A stretch of 63,871 bases of DNA, the filler included, from Octopus bimaculoides (taxonomy: Eukaryota), in the NCBI RefSeq assembly GCF_001194135.2. It is 4 parts of 4 records of this genome, joined end to end, with 100 filler letters (N's around TTAATTAATTAA, not from the genome) between each part and the next. Parts side by side here need not be neighbours in the genome. Positions count along the whole stretch, not along the records: positions 1 to 24,857 come from NC_069008.1; 3 more parts are not named here. The stretch is one strand, 5' to 3'. Positions 1 through 11,973 of the stretch are shown here, in pieces (position 1 is the first letter of the stretch; each line of letters starts with the position of its first letter). Under the pieces are notes generated by a model that did no database searches, had not been told where the DNA came from, and saw nothing but the letters and a program-made list of their open reading frames with translations. Made by a program: the position numbers and the translations under genes.

Positions 1-1644
1 AGATTACATTGACACGCCTATCTCAGATATATGAATAATACCCTCTCCCCACCTCCCATCCAATTCTATATTCTTTCTCTCTTTACATCATCTCCAACAC
101 TGCCACCACCACCACCACCACCACCACCACCGCTCCATGCATTTCCATTCAAGTGTTTTGTTTCTGAACCAATCATATTCACTTATTTTGCCTTCTTTCT
201 TTATATGGAAAAATCCCATCCTCAATATTTAAATTTGTATACATACATATATAGCTACACACTCACACACACACGTACATTCATATATATATACATATAA
301 ACATGTACCTACAAACACACATACAGGCATACCTTTTCCGATGAGTTATAGTGACCCTAACATCATATACAATAAGCTCATTATAATTAAAATTATTATT
401 ATCATCATTATTAAGAATCATTAGCGTACTGGACAAAATTGCTTAGTGGTATTTCACTCGTCGCAACGTACCAAGTTCAAATTCCACCTAGGTCGATTTT
501 GCTTTTCATCTCCCCAGGGTCAATAAAACGAGTAGCATTTGAGTATTGAGGCTGATGTAGTCGACTGTCCGCTTCCCTACAAAATGTCAGGCCTTGTGCC
601 TTTAGTAGAAAGGACTATTATTTATGCAGAGAAGGACTTCATCATTAATGTGTTGACATGAATCCTTGGCTGTAGTAGTAGTGGTAAACGGGAGTGACCG
701 CTGTCCGTGATAGCACTAGACAGCCATTATGTCCCCACACATAAAACGCTTCCACATGGGCTCTGTTGACACCAGTAAGAAACAACAATTATGAACTTTT
801 CTTTTAATTGCATTTTTAAAAATATGTATTTTTGATAAGGTTCGTTTTTTCAAGAACCGAAGCATGTAAAAAATCTCTGAGAAAATTAAAAATTAAAATT
901 TATCTTATATAGCGGCATTTTCAAACTTCTTTTTTATAAATATATACCCACTTGTATNNNNNNNNNNNNNNNNNNNNNNNNNNNNNNNNNNNNNNNNNNN
1001 NNNNNNNNNNNNNNNNNNNNNNNNNNNNNNNNNNNNNNNNNNNNNNNNNNNNNNNNNNNNNNNNNNNNNNNNNNNNNNNNNNNNNNNNNNNNNNNNNNNN
1101 NNNNNNNNNNNNNNNNNNNNNNNNNNNNNNNNNNNNNNNNNNNNNNNNNNNNNNNNNNNNNNNNNNNNNNNNNNNNNNNNNNNNNNNNNNNNNNNNNNNN
1201 NNNNNNNNNNNNNNNNNNNNNNNNNNNNNNNNNNNNNNNNNNNNNNNNNNNNNNNNNNNNNNNNNNNNNNNNNNNNNNNNNNNNNNNNNNNNNNNNNNNN
1301 NNNNNNNNNNNNNNNNNNNNNNNNNNNNNNNNNNNNNNNNNNNNNNNNNNNNNNNNNNNNNNNNNNNNNNNNNNNNNNNNNNNNNNNNNNNNNNNNNNNN
1401 NNNNNNNNNNNNNNNNNNNNNNNNNNNNNNNNNNNNNNNNNNNNNNNNNNNNNNNNNNNNNNNNNNNNNNNNNNNNNNNNNNNNNNNNNNNNNNNNNNNN
1501 NNNNNNNNNNNNNNNNNNNNNNNNNNNNNNNNNNNNNNNNNNNNNNNNNNNNNNNNNNNNNNNNNNNNNNNNNNNNNNNNNNNNNNNNNNNNNNNNNNNN
1601 NNNNNNNNNNNNNNNNNNNNNNNNNNNNNNNNNNNNNNNNNNNN

Positions 1645-1935
1645 TATTTTCTGGGAAACAAAAACCATATCCTGAAAATGAATAATTAGAGACAATTCAC
1701 AGTAATTAAATGGTTAATTACTATTTTTAATTTGATTACTTTCCCAGTTTATCATCAAGTGCAAAATTGAGATGCATTTAATAAGGGCCAAATGACTACC
1801 ATTGTCTGTTTCTCTCTTTCTCTCTATACATACATATTAAAAATTTGCTTCTCAATCGCATGCTAGAGTTCAAACCCACTATGTGATATTTTGGGCAAAT
1901 GACTCCTCGTATAGCTCCAGGCAGAACAAAGCCAC
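1645..1935 (+). repeat. Dispersed duplication (copy 1, 5' part lost in the gap)
   Basis: tattttctgggaaacaaaaaccatatcctg...ctccaggcagaa is shared with 15745-16045 and 18005-18290. Confidence 0.85.
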
Positions 1936-2100
1936 AGAAACAGCACACACACACGTGTGTATGTAGTTTTGTATATGTATTAATGCAGATCCATTTACTT
2001 AGACATATCCATTCATGAGTGTATACACATATAAATGCATATGTATAAAGATGTACAAACGTTGACAAAAATATCTACACATATCTATAGATATATGTAA

Positions 2101-2813
2101 GCACACTCACAAATAAACAGTCATGCAAACATGCCCTTTCTTACGTACGTTTTGGTTTTACGTCCAGCTTTTCTACGCTTGCAGGGGTCGGGTGGATATA
2201 TAATTGAGTCATTCTTTTACACCTGGATGGCCTTGTTATTACTACCTGGTTTTTAATAAATGGATCTCTTATTCCATACACCTTTGACGGTACCAGCAGA
2301 TGGTTAGTTGAAGTAGGTGACTTGCTGGAAAATGCATATTTGCACAGGTAAAAAGCATATTTACGCAGGTAGAAAGCATCCATTACTCCCTGGGACTGGT
2401 CAACATTAGGAAGGGAATCCAGCCGTAGAACCCATGCCAAATCAGAGTGGGACCTGGTGAAGCCCTCCGGCTTACCATTTCCTGTCAGACCATTTGACCA
2501 ATGCCAGCTAAATGACGATGATGATGATACAAGCTAAGAAAAATCGTGGCCATCCATACATACAGGCTGTCCTTTATGTCTATATCCCCTATGCCCCCTC
2601 CCACTCGATGGGTCTTTGTCTTGCGGGTGCCAGTGCCACATTAAATGCACTCATGCCAGCAGCACCTAGTGCACTCTGTAAGCACACTCACAAACAAACA
2701 GTCACGCAAACATGCCCTTTCTTACGTACGTTTTGGTTTTACGTCCAGCTTTTCTACACTAGCAGGGGTCAGGTGGATGGCCTTGTTATTACTACCTGGT
2801 TTTTAATAAATGG
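2101..2813 (+). repeat. Local direct duplication, 2101-2263 vs 2682-2813
   Basis: Near-identical cactcacaaa.aaacagtca.gcaaacatgccctttcttacgtacg...taataaatgg; the first copy has a small insert. Confidence 0.8.
2385..2528 (+). mobile_element. RTE-type LINE/SINE 3' tail ending in (GAT)n
   Basis: The sequence ttaggaagggaatccagccgtagaa...atgccagc..aaatgacgatgatgat is homologous to the tails at 3698-3815 (-) and 59660-59830 (+). Confidence 0.6.
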
Positions 2814-3283
2814 TCATGTAAAGTGTTTGGCATTAGAAAGGTCATCCAGCCATAGAAACTACCAAAAAAAACAATTAGTCCAACATCAACAGCTTTCAAG
2901 AAGGAAAAGGTTGTGAAATATAGACAATTAATGACCAGTGAGTGTCTTTATGGGCTTCAGAAATTATGATTTATCCTGAATTTTTTCGAATGCAGAATAT
3001 TCATACATCATGTATGTGGAGTATTATTGAAAATGAGAAAAGTTCGTTTTCACCTTTGATTTAAATTGTTAGCAACTGGTTAAGAAAAGACTTCTCAGAG
3101 ATGACTGACAATATCACAGAAGAATTCTTGTATTAGCAACAAATACAGAAACTATAAAAAGGCATTATTATAGGATTTCATGCAACAGTAATGGGATGTG
3201 CGTGTATAATAGCATGTGTGTGTCCGTGATCACTTGAAACTTAATTATGCACTTTATAAATGTTTCGTTACAACCCATAATGT

Positions 3284-3700
3284 GTGTTCAAAAATTCAAG
3301 ATCAGCCGAGAAGTTTGAAAGAAGATTTAAGGATTTCAGACAGACTGTGCTTAAATTCAACTTATTAGCTTCTCTTTTCTCTGCTGATGTTGATTCAGCA
3401 CCGGATGAATTACAGTTTGAATTGATAGACATTCAATCAGATTGTTCATTGAAGGAAATGTTTCACTCCCTACCATTTGTAGAGCTTTACAAGTCACTCT
3501 CTGTTCAATGCTTTCCATGTTTAAGACATTTGGCTGCCACATGATTCTCTATTTTTGATTCCACTTCGATCTGTGAACAGAGTTTTTCCTGCATGAAGAG
3601 AAATACGTCCAAGAACAGGTCCATGGTGTCACACACAAACTTAAATGCTGTTGTGAGACTTTCCACCAGTGGCCTTATGCCACACTTTAAAAGAATCATC
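3284..3700 (+). mobile_element. hAT (SPIN/Charlie, GTF2IRD2-like) transposase C-terminal remnant
   Basis: Translation gives FERRFKDF...APDELQFELIDIQSD..LKEMF, then after a frameshift FDSTSICEQSFSCMK (hAT dimerisation motif). Confidence 0.8.
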
Positions 3701-3815
3701 ATCGTCGTTTAACGTCCGCTTTCCATGCTAGCATGGGTTGGACGATTTGACTGAGGACTGGTGAAACCAGATGGCTACATCAGGCTCCAATCTGATTTGG
3801 CAGAGTTTCCTAAGA
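3698..3815 (-). mobile_element. RTE-type 3' tail inserted at the end of the hAT remnant
   Basis: Reverse complement of aaactctgccaaatcagattggagcctg...cccatgctagcatggaaagcggacgttaaacgacgatgatg, matching 59690-59800. Confidence 0.7.
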
Positions 3816-4297
3816 AATCGATATCTGTCTCTATCTTGTTCCTGAAAGAATTGGGGTGGAGAAGATGGGCAGAGAGGGGTTTGATCTTTTGTACTTTTAA
3901 TGGGTTTTTTTCTTCTTTTACTCTTGTCAAAATGTGTTGCTAAATATTCCATCAGTATAAAATTTGACTGGTTCTGAAGAAAAAAATTATCTAGATGTAT
4001 TTTGACTCTATCCAAATGTTTATATTCCACTTTACGATGAAAGTAAACAAACAAAGTTTGTTCTTTTTTAGAAGCGTTGAGATGTATTGTAAGATACAGA
4101 AATAAATTTATTTCTCAAACGTGTGATAATGCTATAAATAGCGTGATAAAGGATAAATAATCCATATAATGCAGAAAAATACGTTGCCGGCCAGCCAAGA
4201 GACTCTGTATCTTATATATATATAATTTATATTCTATTATACAAACAAAACCAAATTCATCCACTCAGATTTTCAAATGCATGGTGAAGAAAATTTG

Positions 4298-4820
4298 CTA
4301 AATAGAGCTGTTTCCTAGCTTCTCTTCCAGCCACCAGCTGCTTCCATTCTTCCAAGAATGCCTCTTTGTTTTCATTGCTAAGTATAGTTCCCTATTCCAC
4401 CATCCTGTCACCCTTCACCTGCCTGGCATTTTAGACCAGCTACAGATTTGTTCAGCAGCTCTACACAGGTTGTCTCATAAGAACTTCCAGATGCCCTCTA
4501 TGTAACATAACTCCACTTCTTCCTTTTCTTTAAGGCTTTAATTAGATCACATCTTCAAAAGTTTCAAAGAATTCCTCTTCCAAATTAATTGAAATCTCTC
4601 ACAACTTCAAGCTCTAAGTCTCAAATCACTAACTGCTAACCTCTGCTGCGAAGTCCATTCTTTACCATGGAATGGCATAGCATTTACAAATATCCGCCTA
4701 TCCTACTTTCGGGATAGAATGTAGCCAATCTGGTTTGTGTGTCACAAGATTCATAGCTGATCAAATGGCTGGTCGGTTCCCCCAAGTTCCGAAGTTAGCA
4801 TTGTCAAAAACAGGGTGGGG
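4298..4820 (-). mobile_element. Decayed RTE-clade LINE ORF2 fragment (copy 1)
   Basis: Broken translation AAEQICSWSKMPGR*RVTGWWN...GREARKQLYLA resembles the region between the endonuclease and RT domains of RTE ORF2. Homologous to 10214-10817. Confidence 0.65.
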
Positions 4821-5372
4821 CTGAAAATTATCAGAATCTCCTCCAAAATGTTTATTCTCAATTTCATGCAAATAATCCCAATGTGGACCCTTAAAAAACA
4901 TATCTCAGCAATTCAAAGAAGATAATAAAGAATCAGTCAGATGTGGGGCACTAAACTATACTTATGGTCATCATTTTGTACTTGGTACCACTGTTTATTT
5001 GACAACTTTACAATATTCCTGTGTATGAAAAAGTTATAATTTATGTTATTGCATAACATATTTAATGAGTGAAGCATTTAAAACATAATAAACAATAAAT
5101 ATACTGTACAGGATGTGATATTCAAGAAAGAATACTGTGTAGGGTTGTCCATAGGAGGAAGAGGTTTGGTATACAGGTCCTTATGACATAGAGAGAAAGG
5201 GGGTAAACATTACAAAAACAAAAATCTAAAAGATTTGGAAATACTTTAATCTCCATTGCATAAAACATACGAATATTACTCTTTTACTTGTTTCAGTCAT
5301 TTGACTGTGGCCATGCTGGGGCAGCGCCTTTAAAAAAATAACGCAAACAAGATACTAGAGAAATTAGCTGCA

Positions 5373-6851
5373 TCATTTGTCTCTTGTATGGATAGATTTG
5401 TGTCTAGTTAATGAACGACTTTCAGAGAATGATTTACCACAGATGTCACAATTATATGGCTTCTCTCCTGTATGAATACGTTTATGCCCAGTTAAGTGAA
5501 TACTTTGAGAGAATGATTTACCACAGATGTCACAAGGGAATGGTTTCTCACCTGTATGAATACGTTTGTGTTTTCTTAAGTTACTATCACTAGAGAATGA
5601 TTTACCACAGATATCACACTGATATGGTTTCTCTCCTGTATGAACATATTTGTGTATAGTCAAGTGATTGCTTTGAGAGAATGATTTACTACAGATATCA
5701 CAATGATATGGTTTCCCTCCTGTATGAATATACTTGTGTTTAGTTAAGAGACTAGTTTGAGAGAATGATTTACCACAAACGTCACAATGAAATGGTTTCT
5801 CCCCTGTATGAATACGTTTGTGTGTAGTTAAATGAGTACTTTGAGAGAATAATTCACCACAAATATCGCAATGATATGGTTTCTCCCCTGTATGAATACG
5901 CCTGTGTTGTGTTAAGTTACTATTACGAAAGAATGATTTACCACAGAAATCACAATGATATGGCTTCTCTCCTGTATGAATATAATAGTGTTTCGTTAAG
6001 TCGCTACTTCCAGGAAATGATTTACCACAAATATCACAATGATATGGTGTCTCTCCTGTATGAATACGCTTGTGTATAATTAAGGCACTATTTGCAGAGA
6101 ATGATTTACCACAGGTATCACAATGATATGGTTTCTCACCTGTATGAGTACGCTTGTGTTTAGTTAAGACACTATTCGTAGAGAATGATTTACCACAGAT
6201 ATCACAGTCGTATGGTTTCTCTCCTGTATGAACACGTTTGTGTATAATTAAGGTATTATGAGAGTAAGATATACCACAGATATCACACTGATATGGCTTT
6301 TCTCCTGTATGAATACGACTGTGTTTTGTTAACGCAGTATTTTCAGAGAATGATTTACCACAGATATCACACTGATATGGTTTCTCTCCTGTATGAATAC
6401 GTATGTGTGTAGATAAGTGAGCATTTTGTGAGAATGATTTACCACAGACATCACAGTGATATGGTTTCTCTCCTGTATGAATACGTTTGTGCCCAGCCAA
6501 GTGACCACTTTGAGAGAATGATTTACCACACATATCACAGTGATATGGTTTCTCTCCTGTATGAATGCGTTGGTGTGTAGTTAAGGAAAAATTTGAAGAG
6601 AATGATTTACCACAAACATCACAGTGATATGGTTTTTCTCCTGTATGAATGCGTTTGTGTGTAGTTAAGCGAATACTTTGGGAGAATGATTTACCACACA
6701 CATCACAGTGATATGGTTTTTCTCCTGCATGAAAACTTAGGTTACTGTTTTGAAGGAAGGACCTTGTACACATATCACTGTCATATGATCTCATCTGTTT
6801 TGTCATGTGTTCAGAGGAAATCCATTGTACAATTTTCTCTCTCTCTTCCAT
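5373..6851 (-). CDS. C2H2 zinc-finger protein (ZNF-A), 16 tandem fingers plus one degenerate N-terminal finger, uninterrupted ORF
   Basis: The ORF track protein has 16 CxxC-x12-HxxxH units (one is a residue short) with TGEKP-type linkers. The track start at 6872 is a TTG; the first in-frame ATG is at 6851. No KRAB/SCAN/BTB domain is visible. Confidence 0.93.
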   Translation of the reverse strand: MEEREKIVQWISSEHMTKQMRSYDSDMCTRSFLQNSNLSFHAGEKPYHCDVCGKSFSQSIRLTTHKRIHTGEKPYHCDVCGKSFSSNFSLTTHQRIHTGEKPYHCDMCGKSFSQSGHLAGHKRIHTGEKPYHCDVCGKSFSQNAHLSTHIRIHTGEKPYQCDICGKSFSENTALTKHSRIHTGEKPYQCDICGISYSHNTLIIHKRVHTGEKPYDCDICGKSFSTNSVLTKHKRTHTGEKPYHCDTCGKSFSANSALIIHKRIHTGETPYHCDICGKSFPGSSDLTKHYYIHTGEKPYHCDFCGKSFFRNSNLTQHRRIHTGEKPYHCDICGELFSQSTHLTTHKRIHTGEKPFHCDVCGKSFSQTSLLTKHKYIHTGGKPYHCDICSKSFSQSNHLTIHKYVHTGEKPYQCDICGKSFSSDSNLRKHKRIHTGEKPFPCDICGKSFSQSIHLTGHKRIHTGEKPYNCDICGKSFSESRSLTRHKSIHTRDK

Positions 6852-7145
6852 TATTTTTCTTCTCAAATCCAAGAATATATATTTTTCTTGTTTTTGTTCG
6901 TATGCTTTATTTTTTACAAATACTTCTACGGTTGAATTTCTGTCCAGTTNNNNNNNNNNNNNNNNNNNNNNNNNNNNNNNNNNNNNNNNNNNNNNNNNNN
7001 NNNNNNNNNNNNNNNNNNNNNNNNNNNNNNNNNNNNNNNNNNNNNNNNNNNNNNNNNNNNNNNNNNNNNNNNNNNNNNNNNNNNNNNNNNNNNNNNNNNN
7101 NNNNNNNNNNNNNNNNNNNNNNNNNNNNNNNNNNNNNNNNNNNNN

Positions 7146-7300
7146 TGATACATCTGTTTCACATAATTTCTTTTTGTCTTAAAAACAGGATAGATATTGA
7201 GGATGTTTCTTCTGTTATGTCAACGTTGTCTGATGTTCTGAAATTAGATAGAAACAACAGTGTAAGATGTAGAGGTTACTTAAAAAATATGGATTCATTT
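7146..7300 (-). promoter_or_regulatory. Conserved splice acceptor and start of the ZNF-A terminal exon
   Basis: Minus strand reads ctgttgtttctatctaatttcAG|aacatc (AG at 7239-7238). The block is closely similar to 13820-13970 upstream of ZNF-B. Confidence 0.55.
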
Positions 7301-7339
7301 GTATTGAGATAAACTGTAAAAATAGACATTTACCTTGAC

Positions 7340-7530
7340 AACTGAGCTGAATGCCAACAGCTCCCTAAAGAAGTGCCAAGCTCTCAAAATAGAGGGAACA
7401 TGTAGAAGTGGGACACCCAGGAAGACATGGAATGAAGTACTGAAGTGCGAACTCAGAATGCCAAACCTTTCATGTGATATGACAAAAGACTGATGTTCCT
7501 GGTGCCTTGCTGTACTCAAGAAGACCCACA
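7340..7530 (+). mobile_element. RTE LINE ORF2 C-terminal fragment
   Basis: Translates to EGTCRSGTPRKTWNEVLKCELR...KD*CSW, matching the GRPRKTW motif of RTE C-termini. Confidence 0.65.
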
Positions 7531-7994
7531 CCGCATAACAGATGTGTTAAGACTCGTTCCTCCGGTGGGGAAAAGCACTTGTGACTGTTTTTCACAAAAG
7601 TGGCTGTCTAGTGTTATGTAAAAGAGATTCGTTTCCAAACAATTGATAAATCAAAACAAAAGTATTCGTTTCCAAACATTTCAGTGGTTGGAATGTATTT
7701 GAGAAGATTTCTCAAACTAAAACACACAACAAACTAATGGGGCAACGACGGAAAGTGCAGAAGGGGTTGTTACCTAAATACAGAGGTCCCAACACATCTA
7801 CATCATGATATGAAGGGGATGTAATCTCGTTTTACGAAAACTACCGTGACTTCACATAAGCGGTCCTTGCCTAAGTCAAAATGGATATATTTCAGGTTAC
7901 AACTATTGCAAACGATCCGAAGAAGTTGGTAGATTTTTTTAAGTCCTGGTGTGTTACGTACAAAGCATATTTTAGGTACTATTCAAGAAGAGTG

Positions 7995-8075
7995 GTCCCG
8001 GAGCGCGCATCCGCGCCAGCGAGTCGTGACTAGTCGATCCTACGACTACCTAGCGCGCGTGTGCGTCATGCGCAA
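7995..8075. promoter_or_regulatory. CpG-dense patch with an NRF1-like motif upstream of ZNF-A
   Basis: gagcgcgcatccgcgcc...gcgcgcgtgtgcgtcatgcgca. It could instead be internal sequence of a transposon. Confidence 0.3.
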
Positions 8076-9254
8076 AACATGAATAAGGGTTTTTTTCTAA
8101 ACAAAGTAAATAATTATTTTTAAACGAAGTAAATAAATTATTCACTGCCTGTTTTGGGTAAAGAGTCCATTAAAAAGTCGGTCTTTCAAAATCTACTGTT
8201 GTTCAATGGTGTCAGTACATGAGGGACATTACAAGTAATTATCTTTTGCGTAACCCCAACCAAATTGGTGGACTTGGGCAGATCGTAGAAATAGATGAAC
8301 CTATGATGTGCAAGTGCAAATACAACGGAGGATGGGATTGAGAGGATAAAAATAGGTTTTTAGTCTTTGTACCTGACCGTTCTTCTGAAACTTATTCAAA
8401 AATCTATCAAACCAGGGACTATATATTCTGATTGTTGGAGTGCGTCCTACAATGGGATTACTGAAATAGATGTGACTCCAAAATACACCCTGGAAGGACG
8501 TAAAACGACGTTTTAAGAATAAGATGGAGAAGATTCAACAAAAACAAAAAATATTATTTACTTTACCCATATTTTAAATGTATGTGTGTGGACGTGTAAT
8601 AACACTTATTACTGATATAAGCACAAGAGATAATCGCAATATCATACAATGGACTAAGGTAAAGCATGTGCACCCCACCTGACCTTAATGAGTGTACCCT
8701 GTAAAAACATCAGATTAAAAACAGTATGAGAGTTGGGGGGAGAAGATCGCAGTAACAACAGATGATATTGTGAAGCTCCTAACATCATTAACAGTAATTT
8801 TGGTAAAATAATGCCGAAATATCAGCCAAATCTCGTACAAATCAGGAGAATCACTCATTCACTGCTAGGGGACTCGTAAGCCACTCGACCATCATATTGT
8901 AAGTTACTCATTTCATTTCATCATTCGCTTTATGTACCTCACGTTTTGTATTGAGGCCTTCGTGCCTATAATAAAGATTTTACTAATAGCGGCTTGATCC
9001 CGCACAAATCGTGGACATCTTTCATTCATAGAACAAAGAACAAAGAATTGAGGCGCCAAAATACCGAATGTTTTCATCGGTTAATACTTACGGAAATGTT
9101 TCATAAAGGACAGTGTTGCTACATATATATATAGGTATGTATCTGGTAGTTGGGAAATGCATTATAAGAAAGTACTATAAGGATTATCAGCTGAGAAAGA
9201 AAACTTCCTTCAGAACATTTCACCAAACATAAAGATGAAGTAGGAAGAACTTCC

Positions 9255-9270
9255 AATGCGCATGCGTTTC
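9255..9270. promoter_or_regulatory. NRF1-like palindrome TGCGCATGCG
   Basis: Motif at 9257-9266, in a position equivalent to the 18497 cluster relative to the shared downstream element. Confidence 0.35.
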
Positions 9271-9429
9271 ACCAAAATATTTAAGGTAACTAACTCTTCT
9301 TAAATCACCTTTCGGTTATTTTGTACCCTGTCTTCTAAGTATTTCACCCTAGTCGTGATATCTGCGCTGAATCATTCTCTGAAAGCAATGTCTTGACTAA
9401 ACATATTTGTATTGATATGAGGACATGGA

Positions 9430-10100
9430 TCTTTTCCTTTCGGCCGGCACATGGAAAAAATAATTTTTTTGTAACTAAACACTTTCAAATTTCGTATACT
9501 GCTAGAATGTGTCATTTAAAACTTCGTTTACTCTTGGCGTTTTTAAGAAAGTTCTTTATTTTCGAAGTTATTTCGTGTTTCGGTAATTTCAACCAATCAA
9601 TGACGTCTATTGAGGTGAAAACATCTACTGCTGTGGTTTGTCAACAAGACGTTCCAGCGGTGTATATCTAGTTTGTCACTGTTATTTCTGATATGTTTAC
9701 ATTTGAGATACACATGTGTATAGTTTAATCAATTCAGTTATTAGTTATTTTAGGGTTTTCAAAATTGCCTATTTTGTTTGTTGAATTATTTTCGTTTGCT
9801 TAGTGCTTAGTTACGAAAAATTAATTTCTCGGTGTGCCGTTCAAAGGGAAAAGATCCCATTTCCCCCCCCCCTCTCCCTCCAATTTCTTCATTTTTCCGT
9901 AACTCTAACCCTAACTCTAAAACCTGAACCCTAACCCTAAAACCAGTACAAACGCACGAGCAATGTCGTAAATAAGAGTGATAAACGAAATATACACCGC
10001 CGATAGTTGTTGACAAACAACGGCAGTAATTTTATTCAGTTCAATACACGTCATTGATTGGTTGAAATTACTGAAATACAACAACACAAAAAAGTCTGCA
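9430..10100. mobile_element. Non-autonomous DNA element with internal inverted arms and TTAGGG-like tract
   Basis: 9583-9692 and 9965-10071 are inverted copies. TAACCC/TAACTC repeats lie at 9901-9940. A homologous segment lies at 18700-19071. Confidence 0.55.
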
Positions 10101-10213
10101 TACATCCCACACTTTTATTTCTGTAACCCAAAATACTTCATAATTTTGGTCCTCAATCTGTAGAATATTAACATCCATTTTATTATTGTTTTCAGTTTCT
10201 GTTTTTCCCCTTG

Positions 10214-10817
10214 CTAAATAAAGCTGTCTCTTAGCTTCTCTTCCAGCTACCAGCTGTTCCCATTCTTCCAAAAATGCCTCTTTGCTTTCATTGCTCAGTA
10301 TACTTCCCTGTTCCACCATCATGTCACCCTTCACCTGGCTGGCATTTTAGACCAGCTACAGATTTGTCCAGCAGCTCTACACAGGTTGTCTCCTAAGAAC
10401 TTCCAAATACCTTCTATCTTATATATCTCCACTTCCTCCTTTTTGTCAAAGGCTTTAATTAGTAGCTCACCCCTCAAACTGCTTTAAGGATCCCTAAGTT
10501 TTTAGGACTTCCAAATTGGTTGAAATCTCTCCAACTGGTTTAAGGAGCCCTAAATTTCTAGGGCTTCCTCTTCCAAATTGGCTGAAATCTCTCACAGCTT
10601 CAAGCCCTAAGCCTCAAATCACTAACTGCTATCCTATGTTGGGAAGTCCATTTTTTTTTACCAAGGAATGACTCAGCATTCAGAAGTGCCTGCCTATCCA
10701 GCCAAAATGGTGAGAAATTAGCCAATCTGGTTTGTGTGCCACAAGATTCATAGGGGATCAAATGGCTGGTAGGTTCCCCCAAGTTCTGGAGTCAGCATTG
10801 ACAAAAATAGGGTGGGG
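10214..10817 (-). mobile_element. Decayed RTE-clade LINE ORF2 fragment (copy 2), with an internal ~55-bp tandem duplication
   Basis: Aligns with 4298-4820. The ttccaaattggttgaaatctctc unit is doubled at about 10478-10596. Homology stops at the piggyBac TTAA. Confidence 0.65.
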
Positions 10818-11675
10818 TTAACCCTTTTGTTACTATATTTCTGACCAAAATACCCTCCCCACTCATGAGATTCAATTAAATTCTAAAATAATCATGAATT
10901 TAAACTAGTAACTTTTTTTTACTTATCAACATGTGATATTTGGAACATAATTGAAGAAAGGGTTCTTAATCAATTCTATTGCATAATTTTTGTCTCAAAA
11001 AGAGTAAAACTAAATAAATTTGAAAAATATTTATACAATCTAATCATACATATATACAATATTTCTATCATGGCAAGTTGTAAAACATCCCCCTCTACAT
11101 ACTGCATCCTTGCAGAATGCACATTGGAAAGACGTTTCAACTGGCCGTCCACTGGGAGATTTTCTTTGATGTAGACATTCCCGGCACTGCCTTTTGCGAA
11201 TCCTAATCTTTTCTAATTTATGTAAATCAGCTGAACTCAGAAGATCTCTCTGGCAAGTTTTGCTTTTCATTACTGCAGTTATTTTTTTGGAGGAATAACC
11301 TGCCCTCAACTGCGTTGCTACATCTGCTCGGAACTGCAGATGGTTGCACCGCTTTGCGAGCCCCTCCTGATTTGGTATATAATATAAATGCATTTACAAT
11401 GCTCATGTTTACTATATACCAAACCAGGTATCGCCACCATTTATTACCCGGTCTGCCAACCGGATAACTCATCATCTGGCTCAGCCGATCCACACCTCCC
11501 ATGTACCTGTTATAATCAAGGTTCACAAACGGGGTGCCACTTTCATCTACACATGGTTGTGCACTGGTAGACAGAAAATTTATCTGCCTCTTACCTCTGT
11601 ATGCGGTTGCTAGCAGATGTCCTTTCTGCAGTTGGATTATTTCACCTTTTTTTATATCCAACGGCAGCATTTTTT
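10818..11675 (-). mobile_element. piggyBac DNA transposon, 3' half only (truncated, one frameshift)
   Basis: TTAA at 10818-10821 is followed by CCCTTT (terminal repeat start). ORF 11227-11670 has YNRYMGGVD..Q and KWWRYLVWYIVNMSIVNAFILY, typical of piggyBac transposases. The shifted frame (11040-11393) has HLQFRADVATQL and the Cys-rich tail CREC...CAFC..VC..GC...CH. No matching opposite end was found. Confidence 0.9.
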
Positions 11676-11973
11676 ACTACTAGCAATTACTGTGAATGAA
11701 AAAGTCATAGCTTAGGTTATTGTAGAACATATTTAATGAGTGAAGCATTTAAAAAAATAATAAACGGCAAATATACTGTACAGGTGGTGATAATCAAGAA
11801 AGAATAAGGTGTAGGGTTGCCAGGAACCGGTTTGATATAGAGGTCCTTACATCACAGAAAGAAAAGAGGTGTAAATTACAAAAACAAAACACAAAATCTA
11901 AAAGTTTTAGAAATCAATTTCCATTGGACAAAACATGGGATTATTAAAAATAGCAAACAAGAAATTATAAATA

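Noticed and set aside
921-1695. Long ORFs full of X in the track (here and at 21.5, 32, 43, 52-56, 58 and 61-62 kb)
   Set aside because: They span N gaps and microsatellites and carry no coding evidence.
5411-6079. Plus-strand MIYHRCH-type ORFs overlapping ZNF-A (and 12120-13358 over ZNF-B)
   Set aside because: Antisense shadows of the repetitive zinc-finger codons.
7190-7300. Plus-strand peptide DVSSVMSTLSDVLKLDRNNSVRCRGYLKN conserved in both units
   Set aside because: The conservation is better explained by the minus-strand splice acceptor and exon start of the ZNF genes.
9901-9940. Telomeric TTAGGG-like repeats (also 34805-34820)
   Set aside because: Short, degenerate and inside interspersed elements; not evidence of a chromosome end or fusion.
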